Origin: Octopus sinensis
Taxonomy: Eukaryota
Assembly: GCF_006345805.1 (NCBI RefSeq)
Contig: NC_043022.1
Location: forward strand, 19,654,001 to 19,718,000
DNA length: 64,000 bases
Direction of reading: 5' to 3'
Below the pieces are notes generated by a model. It was not told the origin of the DNA and searched no databases. It saw only the letters and a list, made by a program, of their open reading frames with translations. Below, piece by piece: positions 37,677 to 51,023 of the stretch (its first letter is position 1; every line of letters starts with the position of its first letter). The position numbers and the translations under genes were made by a program.

Positions 37677-38807
37677 TGTTGATGCTGGAGATGGTGGGGA
37701 TTTATCTCCCCTTTTGGCGATACATACAAAAGTGAATTTTGCACCAAAAGCCAATATGAGGGCTTCTCTCATGGTAGCTACAGCAGTATAGTTTGTTCTA
37801 ACAGTACATTCACGTTTAAGTGGAGAAAAATATTACATCTCTGTATGTATATTATGTCAGGTCACTCTTAGTGCTCTGGTAATGTAACATGTAACCCAGT
37901 ATAACCAATCTCATGGTTTGGCGTCAGCAACTAAACCGGTAACCCTGCTAAATCTACTTGATAAGGGAACTAGCTTTCGTTGGACACCCAACAGGACGAG
38001 AAGCAAAATCTGTGAAGGGACGAATAAAGTCAGTGAAATCATCGACTTGGAGTGAGAGACTTCTGACCACTGTGAGTGAAGGACACCCTAATTCTCGTTA
38101 TAACTTCCTTCTAGAAGGGGACAAAATAAACTCGTATCTATATATGGTTTCCTCACAACCATTCCCTTTTTTCTCTCCCTTTCTCTTGCTCCTCCTCCTC
38201 CCTCCCGTCGTTGATCCGCAACGAGAGCTCTGCTACTGTCTTTCTGACCTGGCTTCCTTGAAGTGTAGACGGCATTTTCTGTTGCTCCTTCGCCGTTCTC
38301 AAAAATAGCGTTCGTAATACTTTATCTCGTTCGGCTTAACAGCCTTTCTTGTCTTGTTATTCTCCTTGTCCTGTCTTTTACTGTTTATATTTTGTACTGT
38401 CGTTACTGTCCTCTTTTTGTTACCATTTTAACTCCTCCACAAAAAGATCTCAAATTTTATTTAATTTGCTTTTCGCGGGAAGGAAAGTTTCTATCAAAGA
38501 TGCGTATCGCCTTCACCTTCGAAACGCAGGGTAGATGAAACCATGGCAACTGAAGAATGGGAATTTTCCTTGTGTTATTTGTCCTGTACTCTATTTTTTC
38601 GTTGTTTAAGAAAAATGTCCAGTTCCTTGGTTTTGTGTTTATGTTTTCGTTTTTCATTGTGTTCGATGTTTTTTGGTGTCTGTCCTGTACCCATATATGC
38701 ATGTATATATACATGTAGAGGTAGGTACGTACATATATGTATGTATATATGCATATGTTTTATTTATTAATTTATCATATATATATTATATTAATATATA
38801 TAATATA

Positions 38808-39771
38808 TATACAATAATATGTTACATTACTCGGTAGTCAAGAGAAAAACTCTGAGTTTCAGATGCCGAAGTGGAAATCCACAACACCATCTCTTCGGTA
38901 TCTGGCTATTTGAAAACGCTATGAAAAAATACCGTTAAATAAAGGGAAATTACTGTGTTATAACTCTGCTTGCCTGCGTACTTGTACATCGCTCGCATTT
39001 TTCGTCATAAAAATTATATAAAATACATAAAAAAATATAAAAATATATAAAAATATATAAAATCTTCTTGGGACATAACATAGAAAGCATGTTCTATCTG
39101 TTTTCTTTAGGGGACCAAAAACGTAACAGAAATTTAGTCACATGTGGGCATGATCCGAAAAGTTCTGTCCTTGTACTTAGACATGTAGTAGGGTCTAAGC
39201 TGCTTTTCCAGATAAGCCATCTCTCTATGTCGCATAGACCGCACCTTCCGCTGCCGTTGGTATGGGCTTACATCTGGCCAAAATCTTCCATTGTATGTTA
39301 TAATCGACACCTTTTGGCCAGATGTAAGCCCATACCAACGGCAGCGGAAGGTGCGGTCTATGTGACATGGAGAGATGGCTTATTTGGAAAAGCAGCTTAG
39401 ACCCTACTACATGTCTAAATACAAGGACAGAACTTTTCGGATCATGCCCACATGTGACTAAATTTCTGTTACGTTTTTGGTCCCCTAAAGAAAACAGATA
39501 GAACATGCTTTCTATGTTATGTCCCAAGAAGATTTTATATATTTTTATATATTTTTATATATTTTTTATGTATTTTTATATAATTTTTATGACGAAAAAT
39601 GCGAACGATGTACAAGTACGCAGGCAAGCAGAGTTATAACACAGTAATTTCCCTTTATTTAACGGTATTTTTTCATAGCGTTTTCAAATAGCCAGATAAC
39701 CGAAGAGATGGTGTTGTGGATTTCCACAAGTTTTATCTTGACTACCGAGTAATGTAACATATTATTGTATA
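38808..39771. mobile_element. Head-to-head inverted duplication of a Penelope-like element 3' end (~960-bp palindrome)
   Basis: Arms of ~470 bp are near-identical reverse complements. Reading outward across a frameshift: DYNIQWKILARCKP/TNGSGRCGLCDIERWLIWK...TRTELFGSCPHVTKFLL, like a PLE endonuclease C-terminus. Confidence 0.75.
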
Positions 39772-39852
39772 GATAAATTTCCTCTATTTACATAATATTG
39801 AGGTCTCTTTCTTTCTTTTGTTATCTTACCGTTTTATCAATATATATATATA

Positions 39853-41328
39853 TGCACTCAACATCAACCACAAAACCAGCAGTTAGAAAATGTGGAAGGC
39901 CCAACTGCGGAATCTGTGTCATCTTGAAAGAAGGATCAGAATTTATACTGGAACAAGGCCACCAGTTCACCATTAGAACAAACTTCACCTGCGCATCAGA
40001 AAACTTAATTTACGTCATAACATGCGCAGGCTGCAATAGGCAGTATATAGGCCATACAAAAAATAGCTTACGTAACAGGATGGCGGTGCATAAATCACAA
40101 ATTAGAAACCCTGATTACCGCAAAATACGGTCAGCGGACACATAGATAGATGTGCTGGAAATGTTAATCCGAAATTTACAACTAACCCGCTCTATAAATT
40201 CAGTGACAACGCAAGCTTCACACAACGCCAAAATAAAGAACTATATTTCATAAAAAAATTTAGACCAAGTTTAAACACCCTGGGCCAGGAATACTAAAAC
40301 AAAAGATAAGTCCTCCGAAAAGGAGAAGCAAAAATTCCACCACGACCGCTACTTCAAACAGACACTCACTCTGACGGAAATATACCTAAGTAAAAAAGGG
40401 AAAAAATTCTTTCGTGCAAATCTGACCCTGATACATACGATACAGCTAAGGGTCAGACCCGATTCTGATTGGTCAACAAGTTGATGACGTCTAGCTCAGC
40501 TAGAATGGACAGGATACAAACAGGGGACAGTCATTAGTCAGAATATTGATGACGTCCTTTTCTGCTTGAATAGTCACCTAACAAGTACAGACAGGGGGCA
40601 GATCTAATGTAGCTATAAGTCGTGATTGGGCAGAATCTGGATGACGTCCCGTTCTGCTTGACTAACGAAGCGACTGGTCAGGACAGGAAACAAACAAGAG
40701 GCAGTTATAATGCAGCGATTGGTCAAAATAATGATGACGTCCCGTTCTACTTGACTAACGAAGTGACTGGTCAAAACAGGAAAACAAACAAGAGGCAGTT
40801 ATAATGCAGCGATTGGTCAAAATAATGATGACGTCCCGTTCTACTTGACTAAAGCCACCTAACGAAACGATTGGTCAAAACGTTGATGACGTCACGCTAC
40901 GCTGAATTGACCACCTAACAGGCATTATAAAACCGAACACTTCACAGAAACTCATTAGAACAACCCAGCGAACATCCACCATGGGTCATCACATTTGCTT
41001 AAGGTAAAAATGAATTCCTCGCTCTTTCGGAAACATCAATCTTCTGTATTGACCGCTTCCCACCACTTTGATCTGTTTTTTGTATTGAATACGTATCGCC
41101 ACCGTGGGCCACTGCATCGAACACTTTGAACATATACTTCAAAACTATATATCAACTATACATGAACTATATATCAACTATACATGAACTCTAAGATGTC
41201 TGACTCCGTTGTGTATATAAATGAATTTCTTGTGTTTGACGGCATGAGCTGTCTTTTTTTTATATATAACTTTTTTTGATAAAGTTCATTTCAGGAACTG
41301 AAACATGTTATAATGTATATATATAAAA

Positions 41329-41330
<2 letters not shown>
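39853..41330 (+). mobile_element. 5'-truncated Penelope-like element (GIY-YIG 3' part plus pLTR)
   Basis: CGRPNCGIC...NLIYVITCAGCNRQYIGHTKNSLRNRMAVHK; nearly identical to 58860-60240. Confidence 0.9.
41257..41328 (+). ncRNA. Minimal type-I hammerhead ribozyme fold (U3:A8 variant) in the PLE pLTR
   Basis: UUGAUAA (41276-41282), AGUUC auuucag GAACU, GAAA, CAUG, U-U; AT-rich stem I. Confidence 0.65.
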
Positions 41331-41359
<29 letters not shown>

Positions 41360-41579
41360 TCATGGGATTTTTTAACCCCAAGAGGAAATCTCTAGCTGGT
41401 TAACGATGCACAGCTACATCCGACATGATTGCGAGCAGGGGAGCGAACCACTACCATCTCCTAGCGACGGGACCAGGACTGGTCTACGCTCGAACGGACA
41501 GACATATCAAAGTGGCTACAAATATTATTTGTCAGTACAATTACTGCGTCGATCTCTTAAGCATTTTTGCTTTTATATA

Positions 41580-41757
41580 TACTCTTTTACTTGTTTCACC
41601 GCCTTTAATCGAGCAACTCGAACCCGGGACTTATTCTTTTGTAAGCCCAGTACTTATTCTATCGGTCTCTTTTGCCGAACCGCTAAGTAACGGGGACATA
41701 AACACACCAGCATCGGTTGTCAAGCAATGCTAGGGGGACAAACACAGACACACACAA

Positions 41758-41808
<51 letters not shown>

Positions 41809-41970
41809 TACGACGGGCTCTTTCAGTTTCCGTATACCAAATCCACTCACAAGGCTTTGGTCGGCCCGAGGCTATAGTAGAAGACACTGCCAAGGTGTTC
41901 ACGCAGTGGGACTGAACCCGGAACCATGAGGTTGGTTAGCAAGCTACTTACCACACACCCACTCCTGTAC
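41580..41970 (-). mobile_element. SINE family A
   Basis: Near-full copy. Confidence 0.85.
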
Positions 41971-42012
41971 CTGTCATGTATATATATATATATATATACA
42001 TACGTACATATA

Positions 42013-42219
42013 GTAATCCCTCGCGATATCGCGGTTTATTATTTAAGCTTACGCCGATTTCTCCTTGGTGTTGTTTTGCATTTATAATAAAATAAATATG
42101 TACAAATTATAAAAATAATTTTAAAAATATACAGTACAATAGTGTTTCTACATCGCAGATTTTCACCTGTCGCCGGGTTTTTTGGAACGTAACACTCGCG
42201 ATAGTCGAGGGATTATTGT
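42013..42219. mobile_element. Tc1/mariner (Tigger/pogo-like) MITE
   Basis: TA-flanked ends (T)AGTAATCCCTCG ... CGAGGGATTATTG-TA. Confidence 0.65.
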
Positions 42220-43094
42220 ATATATATATATGTGTGTGTTTGTGTCCAACAGAAGTGCAGTTGGTTTCTAGTCATCTCAACCTCTGTTGGGCCATTGGTA
42301 TAAATTGTTCGTTGTGCTGAAAAGCGGATTCAGTATTCTGCAGCAATATCCACTCAAACCAAATTCAATCACAGGAACTTTGACTTTTTCTGCTTAAAAA
42401 GCCGTCTAACACGGTTACGAATAGACATCCACCATCATATCAATGTGTGTGTGTGTGTGTGTGGTGTGTGTGTGTGTGTAAGTGATGCTTTTGTATTTGT
42501 ACAGACATGTAGGTGTGTACATGTGAAACATTCCATGTCATAACACATCAGATTTTATGCGTACATAAAATACAACTGTGTGTGTATGTGTGTGTGTGCG
42601 TGCATGTGTGAGTGCGTGTGTATCTGTGTATGTGTATGTGTGTGTGTGTGAACGTGTTAACATACCACCCCAAACATGTCATATTCTAAGTCTATATAAA
42701 CAGAAGGCAATAGTGTTTCATATTTGCAACACTCCCTTCATTATTCAATTTTGTCAATGTATCAAAAGTATTAAACAGCCCCCCCACCCCCACATCGTTC
42801 CTATTGTCAGACTCAAGGTTAAATTTAAACACAAAAGTTGTTACTGCTTAAATCCAGGTTAGTCTTCACTGGGATAGCCGCCATGATTGAACGCTAGCCT
42901 CTAAAGCTTTTTTTATACTCTCTCTTTTTATTTTATCGTGTTCCTTTCTTTTGAGCAGAATATTTGCTGTAGCCCATCTTTTATACCAAGACAAAACAAT
43001 GTACATGATAACACTTCCAATCAGTTAAGATCAGAAGCCATGAGAGCCACTGTCTGGTATTGCATCAGGGCATTTATTATTATTATTATTATTA

Positions 43095-43152
<58 letters not shown>

Positions 43153-43153
<1 letters not shown>

Positions 43154-45754
43154 TTTCTTCAAATTTTCTTCCGTTTCTCGCCGAGTGTTTCCCATACACC
43201 TAGGGCAGAGAAGGGCATTGTATGCATTCCCAGATTACACGCGCAAATTCACAGATAAAATATGTATTTAAAAATTAATAAATAAATAAATTAATGGATG
43301 GATGTTGGTTTCACAGCGATAATGCTCTTTTCGGTACATGAGCCGTTCCAGTTAATACGATTTTTTGCACTTCCTGTAGGGATGGTGAGCCTGGAATCAT
43401 TTTCAAATAGGTTTCAGTACCTTTTTTTATCATTCCCAGAGATCCTACAATCACTGGTACTGTAGTCGCCTTGAGATGCCACATTTTTTTCAATTTCTAT
43501 TAGCAGGTCTTTATATTTACTAATCTTGTCAAATTCATTCGCCGCTATATTGTGATTACAGGGAATACTCATGTCAAGTAATAAACAACCTGTTTGTCTG
43601 ATCTTTTATAATAAAATATCCGGTTTATTAGCTTTTATAGTCTTGTCGGTCTGCACGGGGAAGTCCCATAGAATCGACACATTTTCTCCCTCAGTCACAG
43701 CTTCAGGATGATGTTTATACCATCTGTCAGCGGTTTTGATTTTATAATGCCGACATATTGTCCAATGTAAATACTGGCCGACTCTGTCATGTCTTGCTTT
43801 ATATTCTGCAGGTGCTAAGACTCTACACCCTGAGATTAGGTAGTCTATTGTTTCAATCTCATCGTTACAGAATCGGCATTTTGGGTCAGCTCTATTTTTC
43901 ATCACATTGGTTTGGTAGTTCCGGGTTAATAAGCTTTGGTCTTGAGCAGCTAATATGAAACCTTCACTCATTGCTTTTAGCCCTGAGCTTCGTAACCATT
44001 GGTGCGTGTGTTTCTGGTCGACATCAGCTTGTTTGCTACGGGCCACATACTTGCCATGGAGAGGTTTCTCTTCCCATCTGCTAGCTAAATTTTCATGTGC
44101 TTTTGTCTTTGCAATTAATTTTCTTTTCTTTGCAGCTGCAGTTGGTGCATTTCCTTCAGCCTGATCAATCTAAGAGATCAGCAGCGAATTTTTTGCTCTC
44201 TTTGAGAATAGAGTGAAGTCTTATCAGTCTTTAATGTTTTTCAACAAGTTTTAGTATCCAATCGTTGGTTGCTTCAAGGTATTTGGCCACTCCGATTGTG
44301 GTGGTTTTGTATGTAAGCTCAAGCTGGATCAAACCTCGACCTCCCTCTGCTCTGGGAAGGTAAAGGCGATCCACGTCTGCCTTTGGATGGTGCATCTTAT
44401 TACAAGTCAGTAGCTTGCGGATTTTTCTGTCAATTTTCATTATTTCACTGGTATTCCAGTTAAACACATTGAAGCTAAATAGAACAACTGGTACTGCTAA
44501 GGAATTTATGGCTAACACTTCATTAAATGCATTCAGCTCAGACTTCAGGACTGCTCGAACTCTTCTATAACATTCTTTCCTAACCTTCTCTTTCATGCTT
44601 GCATGCTGGATACCAGAGCCTTCATTTATTCCTAGGTATTTATAGGTTTGTTCCTGCTCAAGTTCCTTTATTACTATTTCGACATCTAATTCGATTAAAT
44701 TAGACTTTACCAATTTCCCTTTCTTAAAAGTGGCTTTGGCACACTTTTCAAGGCCAAACTCCATCCCGATATCATCACTGAATCCTTTCACAGTATGTAA
44801 CAATCCTTCAAGCTCTTCACCATCTTTGCCATATAGCTTTAAGTCATCCATATAAAATAGATGGCTTATTTTTCTGTTGTCAATTTTGTAGCCATATCCT
44901 GTTCTATTCAGTTCACTTGAGAGTGGTATTAGTGCTATGCAGAAAATTAGTGGTGAAAGTGAGTCACCTTGGAAAATTCCACAGTTTATGCTAATGTTGT
45001 TTGAGTGCAATACTCCATTAGAATGATATAATTGGAGCTTCGTGTTCCATAGTGACATATTATACTTTTAAAAATCTGAAATCACAGGAGAAATTTTGAA
45101 AAAGTCCAGCGATTTCAGAATCCACGAATGTGGTATGCTGTCAAAGGCTTTTTTATAATCAATCCATGAAGAGCTGAGATTTCTGCGTTTGTTATGGCAG
45201 TTCTCAAGGATCATGCGATTAATTAGGAGCTGATCTTTGCATCCGTATGAGCCTCGTCTGCATCCTTTTTGTTCAGCGGGGAAGAGGTTATTCTCTTCCA
45301 TAAACGTATATGTTTTCTCTACTAGAATAGATGTCAAAATCTTATAGGTAGTAGATAAACATGTTATAGGCTGGTAGTTTTTGGGGTCTTTCGTTTTGTT
45401 ATTTTTGGGGAGGAGGTAAGTAATACCATTCGCCATCCAATGTGGTGTTTTTTCCGGGTCTTTCATAATACTATTAAATAGTAGTACTAACATTTTGTGT
45501 GCGGACGAGAGTGATGAGAGCCAGAAATTTGGTACTCTATCAGTACCAGGGGTTTTCCACTTATGAGCCTTCGTTAGTGCCCTCCTTAGGTCGGCGATTG
45601 AGATATCTTCCCATACCTTTTCTTGTAGATTCTTGTAGTCATCTTGGGTGCGTTTGATCCACTCTGCATTTTCATTGTATGGTTTCTCATCACTCCAGAT
45701 CCCCTTCCAAAAGTTTTCAACTTCTTCCATTCGGGGTGGATTTTCAATGGTTGT
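43153..45754 (-). mobile_element. 5'-truncated R4/Dong-clade non-LTR retrotransposon (RT plus RLE), frameshifted
   Basis: QKGCRRGSYGCKDQLLIN, DYKKAFDSIPH, GIFQGDSLSPL, HLFYMDDLKLY (RT); CRFC...C knuckle; RHD; KPDILL endonuclease. (ATT)n at 43076-43152 and 45755-45827. Confidence 0.92.
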
Positions 45755-45765
45755 TATTATTATTA

Positions 45766-45827
<62 letters not shown>

Positions 45828-46218
45828 TCTAATTTTTGCCACATGGTCACCAATTTCGAGGACAAAGACAAGTCAATTACATCTGCCCAAATACTGAATA
45901 ATAAAAATAATTGCTAATTAATCAGTACTGAGTTTCTATGGAAATTCAATAGAAATTCACCAAAAGTGCATTCAGCATTTCCAGTAAAACAAGAAATTAA
46001 AGAAAAATTCCGAGAATCGTTCATGAGAAAAAGAAAAACGACAGAACCGGTTTTACGCTTCATTTTGTAAAACTGCATGTATGTATGTACATTATATATT
46101 TATAAATGCGCAGGATTGGCTGTGTGGTAAGACGCTTGCTTTCCAACCACATGGTTCTGGGCTCAGTCCTACTGCGTGGCACCTTGGATAAATGTCTTCT
46201 GCTATAGCCTCGGACCGA

Positions 46219-46735
46219 CCAGTCAGATATCACCACCCACCCTATTTTCGTCGCCTCCAGTTAAATATCACCGCACACCCTATTTTCCCGAACCCACCCT
46301 TGTCCTCTTTTAAACGCACCCGTAACCTACGCGATCTACTGGTCCGTAGCACCTCCCCCTCCATCTCAACCCAACCCGAATCCTTCCCTTGCTCTAGATC
46401 CATTGCCACACTTGTCCTTTCATCACTAACACCACCTCCCTCACTGGATCCAATCAGCACACCCTCTACATTAGGAACTCCTTCTGCCCTTCTGGCAGAC
46501 CGGTTTTCCAAACATCTACGAGATGTTCGGCTACGTACGAACACTCCCGCCGCTTGGCCAACCACTCTACCTCACATATCACTCTCCTCGGCCTTGCTCT
46601 ACACCATGGATCCACCAATACGCGACTCCGCCTGGAACAGCATTACATTTTCACTCTACAAACACAAACTCCCTTGGACTCAACACAACCTCTTCTCTCA
46701 CTGACTGTCTCTACACCCTCCTTAGAAAATAACCT
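46219..46735 (+). mobile_element. Degenerate Penelope-like fragment of a different family
   Basis: IFPNPPLSSFKRTRNLRDLLVRS linker and ADRFSKHLRDV GIY-YIG helix. Confidence 0.65.
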
Positions 46736-47019
46736 TTTATCCTATCTTACATTCACTCATCTTTTTACAGTTTTTATTATTGATTTTTTTATCGTTTTTT
46801 TCCCGTTGTACTTGTTTACGTTTCTTTATCTATTTCTTATCTCCTTTTACCTTATACTCATTTTTATCATTGTATTACACCCTATTTTTATCTTTTCATT
46901 TCTTATTTTTTATCTTATACCCTTAATTTTTTATCTTATACCCTTAATTTTTTATTTTTTATTTTTTATTTTTTATTTTTTATTCAAAATTTTTATCTAT
47001 TTCATTTTTATATACACAC

Positions 47020-47446
47020 ATGCACACACACACTTGCATACATACATACACGCACGTACATACACGCACACCGACTTACACAAACGCGTATATACATGCA
47101 TGCACACGCATACACACGCAACAAACACGTGCATACACACACACGCACATACACGCACACACATACACACACCCACATGCACACAGGAATGCACGTATAC
47201 CTCTACACACACAACCATACGCACACACACACATACACACACGCACATACACACCCGAACGCACGCATACGCACACACGTTCATACGCACGCACAGACGC
47301 ACACCACACAAGCGCCCAACACACATACATATACTTCCACACTCATTCACAGGCACATACTCACATGTACGAACACACACATATGCACGTGCAGAAAGAG
47401 ACAGTGAGAGAGAGAGAGAGACGGACAAACTGACAAAGAGAGTGAG

Positions 47447-47480
<34 letters not shown>
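47020..47480 (+). repeat. Degenerate (CA/CG/TA) microsatellite
   Basis: Low-complexity ACAC/GCAC/ATAC tract. Confidence 0.85.
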
Positions 47481-47482
<2 letters not shown>

Positions 47483-47484
<2 letters not shown>

Positions 47485-47655
47485 GCGCAGGAGTGGCTGT
47501 GTGGTAAGTAGCTTGCTAACCAACCACATGGTTCCGGGTTCGGTCCCACTGCGTGGCATCTTGGGCAAGTGTCTTCTGCTATAGCCCCGGGCCGACCAAT
47601 TGCCTTGTGAGTGGATTTGGTAGACGGAAACTGAAAGAAGCCTGTCGTATATATG

Positions 47656-47686
<31 letters not shown>

Positions 47687-47905
47687 TTGTGTGTCTGTGT
47701 TTGTCCCCCTAGCATTGCTTGACAACCGATGCTGGTGTGTTTACGTCCCCGTCACTTAGCGGTTCGGAAAAAGAGACCGATAGAATAAGTACTGGGCTTA
47801 CAAAAGAATAAGTCCTAGGGTCGATTTGCTCGACTAAAGGTGGTGCTCCAGCATGGCCGCAGTCAAATGACTGAAACAAGTAAAAGAGTAAATGAGAGTA
47901 AAGAG
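47483..47905 (+). mobile_element. SINE family A
   Basis: Full copy. Confidence 0.9.
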
Positions 47906-48144
47906 TAATATACTCGTTATCGAGTATGGCCATTGCATGAAGCTTAATCAATGTTGTTATCATGCAATGCCTGTGCAAGAAGATTTTTTTAAAGTGAGGA
48001 AAGGCTGTGCACTGAGTCAATCCCACTCACTAAGCAACAGCAGCCATAAAGAAGAACACGTCAACAACCGAAAAGAAGAACAGGTCAACATCATCGGTAA
48101 CCACTGAGCCGCAGATTTTATGTCGGAGTTATCCCAGTTACCTG

Positions 48145-48465
48145 AGTTACCTTCTCCTAGAAGGATGCCCTAACAAAGGCTAGGTGTCCTTCACTCCCAA
48201 TTGTTTAACCGGGCGATCGGGTATTCAGTCCGATTATTTCTATGTCCCCGCGCATGATAAAGCCTTAAGACATTTATTGGATGGCCGTTGACTCTCAAGA
48301 GTTCCTCCGCCCTTTGACGGGTTTTGTTTTTCATCCGGCAGGGTGTCCAATAAACACCCTCCTCACCAAGCAGGCTTGGTGGGGTTGCCGGTTTAGTCGC
48401 CGAAGTCCCGACCATGCAACAGGTTGTACTGGGTTACATGTTACCAGTAGCACTCGAAAGTGACC
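48145..48465 (-). mobile_element. Unclassified interspersed repeat
   Basis: Diverged homologue at 37860-38125 (+): GGTCACT...CTGGTAA.ATGTAACCCAGT...GTGAAGGACACC...CCTTCTAG. Confidence 0.5.
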
Positions 48466-48472
48466 TTATATA

Positions 48473-48700
48473 ACATACATACATACATACACACACATAC
48501 ATACATACATACATACACACACATACATACATACATACATACATACATACATACATACATACACACACACATACATACATACATACATACATACACACAC
48601 ATACACACATACATACATACATACATACATACATACACACATACATACATACATACATACATACATACATACATACATACATACATACATACATACATAC

Positions 48701-48731
<31 letters not shown>

Positions 48732-48761
48732 CATACATACATACATACATACATACATACC
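48473..48761 (+). repeat. (TACA)n microsatellite
   Basis: Direct inspection. Confidence 0.95.
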
Positions 48762-48879
48762 AATGAAAAGGTCATTAATGGAGTTTCTGAAAGTCTCTCA
48801 AGATGCCTATACGCACATAAATGTACTTTCGCACAATGCAGTGGAAATGAATTTGAGTAAGTGCTAACGTAATTTACTT

Positions 48880-49510
48880 TTACGTTGTGAGTTCAAATTC
48901 CGCCGAGGTCGACTTTGCCTTTCATCCTTTCTAAAGGGCTAAACATAGAGGGGACAAACAAGGACAGACATAGGTATTAAGTCGATTACATCAACCCCAG
49001 TGCGTAACTGGTACTTAATTTATCGACCCCCGAAAGGATGACAGGCAAAGTCGACCTCGGCGGAATTTGAACTCAGAACGTAACGGCAGACGAAATACCT
49101 ATTTCTTTATTACCCACAAGGGGCTAAACATAGAGGGGACAAACAAGGACAAACAAAGGGATTAAGTCGATTACATCAACCCCAGTGCGTAACTGGTAGA
49201 TAATTTATTGACCCCGAAAGGATGACAGGCAAAGTTGACCTCGGTGGAATTTGAACTCAGAATGTAACGGCAGACGAAATACCTATTTCTTTACTACCCA
49301 CAAGGGGCTGAACATAGAGGGGACAAACAAGGACAGACATAGGTATTAAGTCGATTACATCAACTCCAGTGCGTAACTGGTATTTAATTTATTGACCCCG
49401 AAAGGATGACAGGCAAAGTCGACCTCGGCGGAATTTGAACTCACAACGTAACGGCAGACGAAATACCGCTAAGCATTTCGCCCGGCGCGCTAACGTTTCT
49501 GCCAGCTCGC
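48880..49510 (-). mobile_element. Tandem trimer of family-C SINE bodies with a short inverted head
   Basis: Units start near 48934, 49120 and 49302; 48880-48932 is in the opposite orientation. Confidence 0.8.
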
Positions 49511-49877
49511 GGTCTTTTCTCTCAACCTTCGTTACCTTTAACATCGACCAAGTCACCACATTTGTAGACTATTTATGTAAGGAGACAGTGGAAGGTTTCC
49601 ATAGCGGCGGAATATCCTGAGTACCGCGATGATAATGTTTGAGATTTTCGAATTATTTAAGTTCCTACAATAGAAAAAAACGACTTCACTAAGTCTTGCT
49701 CAATTTTAGCAGCGCAAGTCAAGTAAGCATTGATTTCTCTCGACTCTCGACAACAGTCCACGTTGTAGGTATATGCAATATCGTGGCCCGCCCTAAATTA
49801 GTCATCGGAGACCAGGTTGTGATGATAACGCATGTTTTGTAATCAGAATAGATATGGAGAAAAGGTGTGGCGAGAGA

Positions 49878-49970
49878 CAGATAGATAGCTAGCGAGATAG
49901 ATAGATGGTTGGATAGATAAACAGAAAGACAGGTAGATAGACCAACAGATAGATAGATAGATAGATAGAT

Positions 49971-50024
<54 letters not shown>

Positions 50025-50058
50025 TGATAGGTAGGTAGGTAGATAGATAGATAGATAT

Positions 50059-50134
<76 letters not shown>

Positions 50135-50165
50135 GCAGACAGGCAGACGGATAGACGGACAGACG
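49878..50165 (+). repeat. (GATA)n/(GACA)n microsatellite
   Basis: Direct inspection. Confidence 0.95.
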
Positions 50166-50393
50166 GACGGTTGGGCAGACAGACAGGTAAATGTTCATGA
50201 TGGCGTCAAATGTCCTTGACTTTACGCGCAATTGCCAGAGCGTCCTACTTTTGTATGATCTGATATGAATGGCCGAAGGGGAAGCGGCAGGGGGAGGAGG
50301 AGGACGTGGAAGAGGAGGGGGAATGAGTATGATATAAGTTTATTAAAGGGGGCGGATAAGGGTCTGGGATGTACTACTTCTACTACTAGTAAA

Positions 50394-50440
<47 letters not shown>

Positions 50441-50442
<2 letters not shown>

Positions 50443-50991
50443 GCCCTGATGCAGTACCAGGCAGTGGCTCTCATGGCTTCTGATCTTAACTGATTGGAAG
50501 TGTTATCATGTACATTGTTTTGTCTTGGTATAAAAGATGGGCTACAGCAAATATTCTGCTCAATACCACAGATTTGCTTGTCAGTTGTTTGACCTTAACC
50601 AGTTGAGCATGTCCCTCAGTGGCTGACGATATGTGCATCTCTGATCACGAGCAGAAGTAGTGGGGGAGCATCATAGCCATGTGTTGAGAGGGATTCTTTG
50701 GGGTTTGAATAACATGGGCTGGAAACATGGGTGTTTCGTTCAACATCCTTAAACAACCCTTATTCAGGGACCTTTTGAGCAGGATGGGTTACTCGACCAG
50801 AAGAAAATTCCAACTGGGCCCCACCTGCAAGGTTATGTGCCGTTTATCTTGATATGAGGTCACCGTGTCGCGCACATATGGTTGTGATGCATGTGCCTGG
50901 TGTACCCTTATCAAACGGGTAGTTATGATGGGTATACTGGGCTTCGTATATTTTATCCCAGTGTCACTTTGATGGCATACACAGCTCTCTC
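50441..50991 (+). mobile_element. ~550-bp non-coding element flanked on both sides by (AAT)n
   Basis: ATGCCCTGATGCAGTACCAGG...CAGCTCTCTC; partial copies at 42955-43073 (-) and ~7520-7670 (-). Confidence 0.7.
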
Positions 50992-51023
50992 ATAATAATA
51001 ATATAATAATAATAATAATAATA

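Noticed and set aside
41345-41570. Unique-looking sequence after the first PLE copy, with short open frames
   Set aside because: No recognisable motif or splice pair; not supportable as coding.
46997-48867. HT/CV/YV-repeat ORFs, also at 36107-36552 and 54606-55536
   Set aside because: Translations of CA, TG and TACA microsatellites.
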